Positions 1 through 8,657 of a stretch of 58,678 bases of DNA are shown in pieces (positions within the stretch are counted from its first letter, which is position 1; each line of letters opens with the position of its first letter). This DNA is from a virus (taxonomy: Duplodnaviria; Caudoviricetes). The stretch spans positions 1 through 58,678 of IMG/VR virus record IMGVR_UViG_3300045972_000025; one strand, given 5' to 3'. Made by a program: the position numbers and the translations under genes. Below the pieces are notes generated by a model. The model saw only the letters and a list, made by a program, of their open reading frames with translations. It was not told the origin of the DNA and made no database searches.

Positions 1-2
1 AT

Positions 3-1586
3 TTCATCAAGACTAAGCTAGATCCCAACGATATCATAAAGGTAGAGGATGAGACCCATATAACACTGTTGTATGGTCTTATCCAGTCTGAAGATGACGG
101 AAGATTAGCTAAAGCAATGAAAGAGTCAGGATTAAAGACTGTTACATTCAATGGTCTGAGTAAATTCGCCAACGATGAGGACGTTCTATTGATCTCCATA
201 GAGAAATCTAAAGAACTCTTAGATGCTGAAGCCAAATTACGTGAGTTGTACCCAGATAACGAGAATAAATATCCAGAGTACAAGCCACATCTGACTCTGG
301 CTTACTTAAAATCTGGTACAGCAGATAAGTATATACAGGATTATTCTGAGCTATTCATGATAAAGGATGTGAAGATCATGGATGCTGAATTCTCTGGTAA
401 GGGTGCTGCTGGTATCTCCAAGACCAAGATAGGTTCCTTTGCTGAGGATATCTTCATCTTCTTATCTCGTATAAAGAAGAAGCTGGTAGCTGCATCCTAT
501 GGTACAGAGAACGAATTTATGGGTGTTCTAAATACTGAGTTGAAGGGTCTCAAGCCTATCCTCGGTGTGAATAGGATAGATGTCAGAAAAGGATCTAGGA
601 TAGGACATTTCCTAGAATCAGCACATATCAATACTGAAGAGCGTTGGATGATCTTGGATATAGATCCTCATAAGCGAGCTGAGCTATCAACGTTCGAAGG
701 TTGGAACCAGTTCCAGGATCAGTTAGAAGAATTCATATCTCATGAAACCCAACATCAGAAGGATTGGGATAATGGGAATCTGATGACGAACGTTGAATAC
801 GCCGATGCTAGAGAACAGGGATTATATCTAGAATTACCAGAAGAGATGCATGCCTTCGCTAGAGAGGCCGTATCCCAATTACGGAACAAGGGATACACCG
901 ATGAGGATATCCTAGATTTAATAGATCGAAAACGATCTGTGGAGCTAGCCAACAACTCATCTGCTATATCAGAGTATGACCAGTATCTCTTTGATGATCC
1001 TGATCTTTATGAGGATTTCTTAGCTCTTATAAAGAATCATATAAAGAAAGATACTGTTAAATTCGAAGCCAAGCAATCTCGACTCTTGAAGAAACGAGCC
1101 ATTAAACAAGAATACGATTCAGCTGCTACATCACTAGATCAGGTTGCTGCTGTATTCAAGAAAGTGGTATGGAATTCTAACACAGTGAACTTAGATTATG
1201 GTGGTGGGAGATTCGATAAAGCCACAGACTTCCTGAGTACACAAGGTGTAGAGAATTTAGTGTATGATCCTTTCAATAGATCAGCAGAACATAATAAAAT
1301 GGTAAAGGCCAGGATAAAAGAAAAGAAAGCTGATACTGGAACACTAGCTAATGTACTGAACGTTATAAAAGAACGAGATATAAGAATAAAAGTACTACAA
1401 GATCTTAAGAAGATGGTCAGACCTGGTGGTAATGTATATATCAGTGTCTATTTCGATCCTAAACAAGAGGCTAAACCAACTTCTAAGGGCTGGCAGAATC
1501 ATCTACCTCTGACAGATTATCTAGAAGAAATTTCTGACGTGTTCACTAATGTAAGGGTTTCTAAAGGAATGGTGGTCTGCTCTTGA
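3..1586 (+). CDS. Multidomain protein, 5'-truncated by the window: 2H phosphoesterase (Acb1/LigT-like) + HExxH zincin-like domain + SAM-dependent methyltransferase
   Basis: Frame is open from base 3 (FIKTKLDPNDIIKVEDETHITLLYG), upstream of the listed TTG at 69. Two HxT/HxxL motifs: HITL at 57 and HLTL at 288. HETQH at 741 with downstream EMHAFA. LDYGGG at 1191, then YDPFN and NVLNV. Confidence 0.7.
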   Translation, partial: FIKTKLDPNDIIKVEDETHITLLYGLIQSEDDGRLAKAMKESGLKTVTFNGLSKFANDEDVLLISIEKSKELLDAEAKLRELYPDNENKYPEYKPHLTLAYLKSGTADKYIQDYSELFMIKDVKIMDAEFSGKGAAGISKTKIGSFAEDIFIFLSRIKKKLVAASYGTENEFMGVLNTELKGLKPILGVNRIDVRKGSRIGHFLESAHINTEERWMILDIDPHKRAELSTFEGWNQFQDQLEEFISHETQHQKDWDNGNLMTNVEYADAREQGLYLELPEEMHAFAREAVSQLRNKGYTDEDILDLIDRKRSVELANNSSAISEYDQYLFDDPDLYEDFLALIKNHIKKDTVKFEAKQSRLLKKRAIKQEYDSAATSLDQVAAVFKKVVWNSNTVNLDYGGGRFDKATDFLSTQGVENLVYDPFNRSAEHNKMVKARIKEKKADTGTLANVLNVIKERDIRIKVLQDLKKMVRPGGNVYISVYFDPKQEAKPTSKGWQNHLPLTDYLEEISDVFTNVRVSKGMVVCS

Positions 1587-1888
1587 AGATAAGCAGGAAT
1601 GTATATAATGCACTGACTCGTTATGGTCTCTTCAGTAAGAGGCTTAGAGTAGCATTATTTACAGGAGATCCAGATGAAGCTTATCTATATGCTAAGTATG
1701 TGACCAAGAAGAGAACCCCAGAGATAGAACCTTATATATTAAAAGATCCAGAGAATGCATTCCTATATGCTAGAAATGTATTGGGTTGGAGATGGGTCGA
1801 AGCTGAACCCTTCATTAAACAAGATCCCACACTGTGGGAGTATTATCAAAGATATTTTAACCCCGAGTATAAAGGACAAGACAAATGA
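1583..1888 (+). CDS. Hypothetical protein with two tandem ~26-aa repeats
   Basis: DPDEAYLYAKYVTKKRTPEIEPYILK / DPENAFLYARNVLGWRWVEAEPFIKQ; 4-nt overlaps with both neighbours. Confidence 0.6.
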   Translation: MKISRNVYNALTRYGLFSKRLRVALFTGDPDEAYLYAKYVTKKRTPEIEPYILKDPENAFLYARNVLGWRWVEAEPFIKQDPTLWEYYQRYFNPEYKGQDK

Positions 1889-2166
1889 ATCCATTCATTA
1901 GCAATATGCCACATCTCCTAGATCTTGGTAAGGATAAGAATGATAAGAATATCTATCTAAACATGTCTGCTGTATCTCATGTGATAGATACAGGTGTTGT
2001 ATTACATGTATTCATGTTGGCGAACCAAGCAGATAGATATGGACAACTCCAACCCCTTATGTTAGATGGGCAAGTTCGTTTAAATTTCTTAAATTTCGTT
2101 GAAGAAATGGATGTAGAGGCCACCGATCCAAAGAATTTCGATGCATCCTTAAATCCTATAACGTAA
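1885..2166 (+). CDS. Hypothetical protein
   Basis: ATG with AAGGA upstream; overlaps the previous stop. Confidence 0.6.
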   Translation: MNPFISNMPHLLDLGKDKNDKNIYLNMSAVSHVIDTGVVLHVFMLANQADRYGQLQPLMLDGQVRLNFLNFVEEMDVEATDPKNFDASLNPIT

Positions 2167-2187
2167 CTTCTACCTTATAATATGAGG
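2166..2187 (+). promoter_or_regulatory. Putative late promoter (ACTTC-N7-W5-TGA class)
   Basis: acttc-tacctta-taatatgagg; same spacing as copies upstream of other virion genes. Confidence 0.45.
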
Positions 2188-2197
2188 ACATCTGAAT

Positions 2198-2545
2198 ATG
2201 AAAAATCTACTAGCATCTCTTGTATCTATTGCTGGACTAGAACCTGTAGAACTTACATTAGGTCCTACTAAGCCTGATTCTAACTCACCTGATAATATGT
2301 CTCCTGTTGGTGGAGATCATGCCTTCTATACCTATTTCGTTCCTGGAGCTATTTTCCAGGCCAAAGATGGTAGCAGCTGGCAGATTGAATCAATCCCAGC
2401 TGAAGGAAATGGTTTCTGCCGAATCCGTAATGTATGGTATCCCAGAGAAGAGGCTACCATTCCACAGGCACAGATTCGTAAAACAATTGACATGTGGATC
2501 TACCCAGTTATTCAGGTCGTGCCAGTCTTATCTCCTGAGGAGTAA
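2198..2545 (+). CDS. Hypothetical protein
   Basis: ATG with GAGG upstream; 115-aa ORF in the virion gene run. Confidence 0.6.
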   Translation: MKNLLASLVSIAGLEPVELTLGPTKPDSNSPDNMSPVGGDHAFYTYFVPGAIFQAKDGSSWQIESIPAEGNGFCRIRNVWYPREEATIPQAQIRKTIDMWIYPVIQVVPVLSPEE

Positions 2546-2557
2546 CAGGGAGATCTG

Positions 2558-4108
2558 GTGGTAGAGCTCACCGACATAAATCTAGATTCGTTCCTGATTA
2601 GGGAACTAAGATCAGTCGTAGCCAGACATCCAAGATTTAGAGAACTTGGTGGTGAGATAGGCTCATATTTCGCTACCATGATGAAATATAATGATCTAGA
2701 AATCATTATAAAGAACCCATCTTCTGATGGTAATAGATTAGGTTCAGATCACTACATGGCCACCCAGTATGGTAGAGTCATGTTAGCTAAGTTAGAAGAT
2801 AAAGATGGTATGTTCATTGAACATATCCAAGAAGTGGATAAGACTTTAGCTACACCAGAACCTGGTTTATATTATTTCAATCTCGATTCTGTGGATGAAG
2901 CTACTAGGGCAGTTCAGTTGACATGTCAGAAAATGCGTTGGGTCAGTGGAAAAGTAACAAATGCTAATGGTTCTTATTTGAGATTCTCTCAAGCTATATC
3001 GCTGACAGATGTCGCATTCAGAAACTTGGTACTAGGTGAGTATTCAGCCCAACAAGATAAAGTTTATATAAACGTATATAAAGATACTGTAGAAGCCTAC
3101 TCAGTAACTACAGGGTTGGATTTAGTACCAGTAGTAGATTATTGGGTAGAGACATCTGAATCCATCTTGATTACAAATGATACCACAGCTGGTACTCAGG
3201 TCCTCCCAATACCAGATTCTAATTATATATCGTTTGATGTCATTGATCAAGATCAATATACATTAAGACGAGACCTAGATTATAAGGTAGCAGGAAGTAA
3301 CATCATACTATCTAACTGGACTCCTGCACATCAAACCCTAACAATGGTTGGTAGATTTAGAAGAAACCCTATGGTTGTTGGTTTCGTCTCAGCTGAGAAT
3401 CTTATAGATTTCAGAATAGAAAATGGTGCAATAGTCAAAGAGCAATTCTCTGCTATAGCCACTGCTGGAAATTATAAATTCTCTGATCTGACTCAAGGTC
3501 AGGATAAGAACTGGTACCTGACTAACTTATTAATTCCAGGTGACAATCTCGTCTGGGAATGTCGAGTAGATATGGGACAGACTGTCCTCAAGGGTCTTAA
3601 GAATGCTCTTAATATGTACTTGATCCCTGGTGTAGCAATAGTCATAGGAGACAAGACAGTAGTAGGAGATCAACTAGCAATGTTGGTAAATCCTACGGTA
3701 TGTGAGACCTATGAAATTTATGGTTCTAAAGAGAATATCAAATTCGATATAGATATCAGAACAAATGACATGAGAACATCGAGTGAGATTGCTGGTTTGG
3801 TAAAAGAATACCTCTTAGTATCTGGTAGAGATCGTATGGAGACATGTGGTCTCACTATATATGAGGTGTCAAGATCAACCACATCAGACTCTAAAGAAGG
3901 TGGTGCTGGGTTGTTAAGTACACAGATCGTCACCTTATCAGTCTCTGCTGCAGCTGATTGGGAGATAAAGAGACCTCTGATCACTAGATTAGATAATATT
4001 GATACAACCACTGTAGCAGTAGATTTGGCATATCCTGGTAAAAAGGTGACTATTAACCCTATAGGGACTTCATATGGTAGTTCAGGATTTCTACCATCCT
4101 ATTCTTAA
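2558..4108 (+). CDS. Probable virion structural protein (neck/tail-completion candidate)
   Basis: 516-aa beta-rich ORF just upstream of the sheath gene; GGGAG RBS. Function inferred from position only. Confidence 0.45.
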   Translation: MVELTDINLDSFLIRELRSVVARHPRFRELGGEIGSYFATMMKYNDLEIIIKNPSSDGNRLGSDHYMATQYGRVMLAKLEDKDGMFIEHIQEVDKTLATPEPGLYYFNLDSVDEATRAVQLTCQKMRWVSGKVTNANGSYLRFSQAISLTDVAFRNLVLGEYSAQQDKVYINVYKDTVEAYSVTTGLDLVPVVDYWVETSESILITNDTTAGTQVLPIPDSNYISFDVIDQDQYTLRRDLDYKVAGSNIILSNWTPAHQTLTMVGRFRRNPMVVGFVSAENLIDFRIENGAIVKEQFSAIATAGNYKFSDLTQGQDKNWYLTNLLIPGDNLVWECRVDMGQTVLKGLKNALNMYLIPGVAIVIGDKTVVGDQLAMLVNPTVCETYEIYGSKENIKFDIDIRTNDMRTSSEIAGLVKEYLLVSGRDRMETCGLTIYEVSRSTTSDSKEGGAGLLSTQIVTLSVSAAADWEIKRPLITRLDNIDTTTVAVDLAYPGKKVTINPIGTSYGSSGFLPSYS

Positions 4109-4119
4109 TAAGGTTAATT

Positions 4120-4542
4120 ATGCCAATCTTCGAATACAAATGTGTGGAATGTAAGATCTTAATAGAAAAGATCGCACCAACATTAGAGAAATCTGATCCT
4201 AGTGTCAAATGTCCTAGATGTGAACAACAGGCTCTTAGGCTTGAGATTCCATCTAGTATATCATTATCTAGATCTTCAATGGATAATGCTCCAATAGATA
4301 ATATTATCGGAAAAGATGCAGATGCTAGATGGTCAGATATCCATGAGCGTCAGCAAATAAGAAATACAGCTAGAACACAGACTGGATCGGCTGGCTTGAC
4401 TGAGGTCGGTAAGAATGAATTCGCTCCAATCTCTGAGAAATCTAAAGAGACTAGAACGGAAGTAACCGCCAGTCTGAAGCAAGCACCAAAGTTGGATTCG
4501 GGGACAGATTCATCTAAATCCTGGTTATCAACGGTAGATTAA
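4120..4542 (+). CDS. FmdB-like zinc-ribbon protein
   Basis: N-terminal MPIFEYKCVEC...CPRC followed by a Ser-rich segment, the FmdB/CxxC_CXXC_SSSS pattern. Confidence 0.7.
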   Translation: MPIFEYKCVECKILIEKIAPTLEKSDPSVKCPRCEQQALRLEIPSSISLSRSSMDNAPIDNIIGKDADARWSDIHERQQIRNTARTQTGSAGLTEVGKNEFAPISEKSKETRTEVTASLKQAPKLDSGTDSSKSWLSTVD

Positions 4543-4638
4543 GGTCCTGATAACTGATAGATAATAACTTCTCCTTATCTATAGTGAAGGATTAGAATTT
4601 CACATATCTAAAGTCTAATAACCTGAATGGAGAAAAGC

Positions 4639-7600
4639 ATGGCATTATTTGACCAATACGCCGAACCTGGTGTCTACACCACTTCAACAATAGAGGATGC
4701 TGGTACTACTCTCTTCGGAGATACCAAGGTAACTGTCCTCTTAGGAGAGGGTGAAGAATTCAGAACCTCTAACAATGTTGAAGTTCATCGTGGTTCAAGT
4801 TCAAACACTGATGACAGAAGAGCAAAAGAAGACCTCAGTTCACAGATCAATGGGGTTACTAGACAGTTCCAGGTCCAGTATTTCCCAATTGTTAGTGGTA
4901 ACGGTCGTGGTGAGACCACAAACAATCCTACTGACATTACTGTTACTGTCAATGGTAACCCTACCTCAGTATCCACTCTTGATGGTACTACTGGTAAGTT
5001 CTTAATCGATGTCATTCTCCTCTCCGGAGATGTCATCGCTGTAGATTATTTCTTCAAGCGTTCTGATACATTAGTAACGTTAGAAGATCTCAGCAATGAG
5101 ATTCCTACTTTCGCTACCATGGCTGCTCAGGCTGGAAAGCTCAACCTTACTCTTAGCAATCCTGGTTTCTTGGGTAACAGTGTTACTCTAGCATTCACCA
5201 GCACTCCTGGTGCTCCAGTAGCTGATTTAATGGCTATTACTGGTCAGGGAACTAACACTATCTCAATCGAAATCATGAAGGGTACCGTAGCTTCTCCTGT
5301 AGCTCGTACCATCTCTGAGATTGCTGCTCTTATCAACACTGGTGTAATAACTGCTGCTGGTAATATGGTAGTATCTTCAGTAACTGCTGGTGCTGCCTCT
5401 GCAGCTGGTGCTGTAAACTTCACTGGTGGTACTGGTCAAGGAACTAACACAACTTTCCGTGTGTACAATCTACCTATCGTAGATGGTTCAAATGGTGGTG
5501 TTGTTTCTAACAACCCAAGTGATGTTAAGGCTTTCGTCAATAACGTCTCTGTGGCTGTCACTGCTGTAGATGGTATCAACGGTCTCGTAACCTTAGCTGC
5601 TCCAGTGTTGACTAACTCAACTCTGAAGCTAACCTACTACACCAACACTTACCAGGATACATTCGATTTCCTCCCCTCTGATAACATCGCAGAGATTACA
5701 CAGGTTGGATTCGCCCCTGATCGTGAAGACTTCATCAACACCATCGATTATGTTCTAGATGGTAATAAGATCCAATGGGGTGCTTCTGCTAACGTCGTAA
5801 CTGGTCAACAGTCCAATGGCTTCGCTAAGTTTGATGGTACTTATATCACACCTACTCTAGTAGATGATAAGGTTTACCTTGAGCAAGCTTCTGGTGTTGT
5901 TAATGGAATCAATAACATCTTCACCATCAAGGATGCTCCAACAACTGGTTCAGGTCTATCCAGAGTAACCAACAATCCTCTGTATGTGAAGGTATATGTC
6001 GGAATCACCCCAACTACTGCAACTGCAGTCAAGGTTTCTTTCGTAGATGGAAATTCCAAGACTATAACTTTATTCAATCCCCCAGCAACTGGTAATGTCT
6101 ATGTCACCTATTACAAGTCAAGATTAGCTGACAATAAATTCAAGTTCAAGATCCACACTCCTGGTGTTACTGGTCAGGGTAATTATTCCTTGTATGACAA
6201 GAACGACCTACAGATCCCAACCACTTTAGAAGGTACTCATGCTGTTCAAGATGCTGTCTTCACTTCAAGTGGTGGTATCGTATGGCCTGGTACTTTCTCA
6301 GACCTAAAGGTAGTAGCTGGTGCTAAGAATGAAGTAGTAACCTTAACCTTCCAGAACACTGGTGAAACTTATGTTTCTACTCCTGGATCTCAGGCTACTA
6401 ACACAACCGCTCAGGCTGGTATCACCTTCAGAACCTTCAATGCTGCTGTCGCTGCTAATACTGTCACTCTCCAGTTCAAGAACACTGGTCAGACTCCAGA
6501 TGCCACTGCTTTAGCTATAACTGGTAACGTAGTCACTGTAGAAATCACCAAGACTGGTGGTTCAACACGTACCTTAGCTGACGTCGTAGGTCTGTTCAAT
6601 ACTAACGCTGCTCTCGGTACTCCCCTAGTTACCTCAGCTGGTGGCTTGATCTCTGCCACTTTGACTGGTACTGCTGGAACAAACTCTATAATCTCTGCTG
6701 CCATCGCTTTCTCTGGTGGTGTTGATCCTGTATCATCCCCATTCAGCTCTAAGTTCAATGTCAGTTCTTCTATCTCTGGTGGTTCAACTGGTGTTGGTTA
6801 CACTGGTCAGACTTACTCTGATCCTGTCACTGGGTTGACATTCACTATCGTTGATCCTAACACACCTAACTACGTTGATTATGGATTCAACACTCCCCCA
6901 ACCTCATATCGTTTCAAGGCTAACGATGTCTTGGTATTCAATGTTAGTTCAAGTGTGTATTTCACCACCTCTAATGTACCAGTAGTTGCCGTTCCTGGTC
7001 TAAGAGTTAAGGTCACTACCACTCTCGGTATGGCTGCTAATGATTATGCTTTCGTTAACACCTTCAACAAGGCTGGTGCTGAACCAATCGTAGGTGAGTT
7101 CTACTATGCTTCTTACACCACCAACAAAGTGGCTTCAGATTACGAGTTGAAGATCTTCACCAACCTAACTGACATTTACACTCAGTATGGACAACCTACT
7201 GTAGAGAATAAGCTATCTCTTGGTGCTCGTCTTGCTGCTTTGAATGGTGCTACTACTCTTGGTTGCTTACAGATCAAGAAAGATACTGGCTCACCACTCG
7301 CTGGAGATCAGTCCTACATCGATGCTATCGCTTCATTAGCTCGTCCCATCACTGGTGGTACAACTAAGGCTTCTGTAATCGTACCAATGTCAACGAGCCA
7401 GTCTGTACAACAGTACTTGGCTAAGCACCTCGATACTCAAGCTGCTCCTAGAAACAAGGGCGAGGCTATGGGCTTCATCGGATTCAGCGTTGGAACTCAG
7501 CCTAGTGAAGCTCGCACAATTGCTCGTAACATCAAGAGCAATCGTGTAATCGCTATCTATCCTGCTGGTGCCATCATCAGTTTAGAAGTAGATGGTAAAT

Positions 7601-8139
7601 CAGCTGAGTACGCTGTCGGTGGTGAGTTCCTCGCTGCTGCCATGGCTGGTATGAAGGCTAATCCTGCTATCGATTCTGCTACCACACTTACTCGTAAGAA
7701 GATGGTAGGATTCTCTCGTCTCTTACAGAAGCTCGACGATCCTACAATGGATATGATTGCTCCTGATGGTGTAACCTTGTTACTAGAGGCTTCTGGTGCT
7801 TTCAAGATCAGACACTACATCACCACTGATATGAGCAATCCTATCACACAAGAACCTACTAACACTGCTATCGTCGATGATGTCAAGCAGAAGATTCGTA
7901 AGGAACTTGATCAGTTCATTGGTAGAAAGAATCTCGGTGCTCTCGTTAACGATGTCACCATCGTGATGAATTCTATCATGAAGAACTTCGTTCAGTTAGA
8001 GATCTTAGAAGCCTATAAGGGTCTTACTGTAACTCGTAACGAATCTGATCCTACTGTATTGGATGTCACTGTAGCTTTAAAACCCGTGTTTTCGCTATTA
8101 TACGTAAATGTCAGCCTCAAGGTGACTACTAAGTCCTAA
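4639..8139 (+). CDS. Contractile tail sheath protein with multiple inserted domains
   Basis: N-terminal YAEPGVYT. C-terminal sheath domain (AAAMAG, FIGRKN, DPTVLDVTVALKPVFSLLYVNV). GGAG RBS at 4629 favours ATG 4639 over 4627. Confidence 0.88.
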   Translation: MALFDQYAEPGVYTTSTIEDAGTTLFGDTKVTVLLGEGEEFRTSNNVEVHRGSSSNTDDRRAKEDLSSQINGVTRQFQVQYFPIVSGNGRGETTNNPTDITVTVNGNPTSVSTLDGTTGKFLIDVILLSGDVIAVDYFFKRSDTLVTLEDLSNEIPTFATMAAQAGKLNLTLSNPGFLGNSVTLAFTSTPGAPVADLMAITGQGTNTISIEIMKGTVASPVARTISEIAALINTGVITAAGNMVVSSVTAGAASAAGAVNFTGGTGQGTNTTFRVYNLPIVDGSNGGVVSNNPSDVKAFVNNVSVAVTAVDGINGLVTLAAPVLTNSTLKLTYYTNTYQDTFDFLPSDNIAEITQVGFAPDREDFINTIDYVLDGNKIQWGASANVVTGQQSNGFAKFDGTYITPTLVDDKVYLEQASGVVNGINNIFTIKDAPTTGSGLSRVTNNPLYVKVYVGITPTTATAVKVSFVDGNSKTITLFNPPATGNVYVTYYKSRLADNKFKFKIHTPGVTGQGNYSLYDKNDLQIPTTLEGTHAVQDAVFTSSGGIVWPGTFSDLKVVAGAKNEVVTLTFQNTGETYVSTPGSQATNTTAQAGITFRTFNAAVAANTVTLQFKNTGQTPDATALAITGNVVTVEITKTGGSTRTLADVVGLFNTNAALGTPLVTSAGGLISATLTGTAGTNSIISAAIAFSGGVDPVSSPFSSKFNVSSSISGGSTGVGYTGQTYSDPVTGLTFTIVDPNTPNYVDYGFNTPPTSYRFKANDVLVFNVSSSVYFTTSNVPVVAVPGLRVKVTTTLGMAANDYAFVNTFNKAGAEPIVGEFYYASYTTNKVASDYELKIFTNLTDIYTQYGQPTVENKLSLGARLAALNGATTLGCLQIKKDTGSPLAGDQSYIDAIASLARPITGGTTKASVIVPMSTSQSVQQYLAKHLDTQAAPRNKGEAMGFIGFSVGTQPSEARTIARNIKSNRVIAIYPAGAIISLEVDGKSAEYAVGGEFLAAAMAGMKANPAIDSATTLTRKKMVGFSRLLQKLDDPTMDMIAPDGVTLLLEASGAFKIRHYITTDMSNPITQEPTNTAIVDDVKQKIRKELDQFIGRKNLGALVNDVTIVMNSIMKNFVQLEILEAYKGLTVTRNESDPTVLDVTVALKPVFSLLYVNVSLKVTTKS

Positions 8140-8148
8140 TTCAATAAA

Positions 8149-8190
8149 AATGAACCTGTCTGTTGTGTAATAATGACAGACAGGTTCATT
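8149..8190. repeat. Perfect 15-bp inverted repeat (terminator, processing site or operator)
   Basis: aatgaacctgtctgt (8149-8163) / acagacaggttcatt (8176-8190), 12-nt loop. Confidence 0.7.
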
Positions 8191-8210
8191 CAATCTCAAG
8201 GAGTATTAAA

Positions 8211-8648
8211 TTGATTCTACATCCAACGGTTACACATCAGAATAGTATTGTAAGTCTTCAGCTCACCCCTAAATTTACTGGTGATGTTACTGATGCAACA
8301 GATCAGCAACGTATTGGTGCTTATGGTGATCCCCTCATTAATCTGGGTGGGACCTTCGCTGATCCTCTCGATGGTACTTTCACATTTAGTACTACATCCA
8401 GTGATTACTACGCTAAGTTAACGACTGAGTTGCCTTCAAAGGCTGTTAGATTCTTTAAATCACTACCTCAGTCTACATCTTCACAGACTATCACCCAATT
8501 AGCACCTCTCGATATCATCACTAGTGATCCAGTACGTGCTGCTGGTGTATATAATGGTCTCATTGGTAACAGGGTTCAAGCTGCAATGACTACATTAAGA
8601 GCTCTTACTCCAGTAGCATTAACTACGCTACCTGATAAGACTGTATAA
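8211..8648 (+). CDS. Hypothetical virion-associated protein
   Basis: AGGAG at 8199 precedes an in-frame TTG at 8211, a better start than 8163; lies between sheath and tube. Confidence 0.55.
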   Translation: MILHPTVTHQNSIVSLQLTPKFTGDVTDATDQQRIGAYGDPLINLGGTFADPLDGTFTFSTTSSDYYAKLTTELPSKAVRFFKSLPQSTSSQTITQLAPLDIITSDPVRAAGVYNGLIGNRVQAAMTTLRALTPVALTTLPDKTV

Positions 8649-8657
8649 GGGACATAT

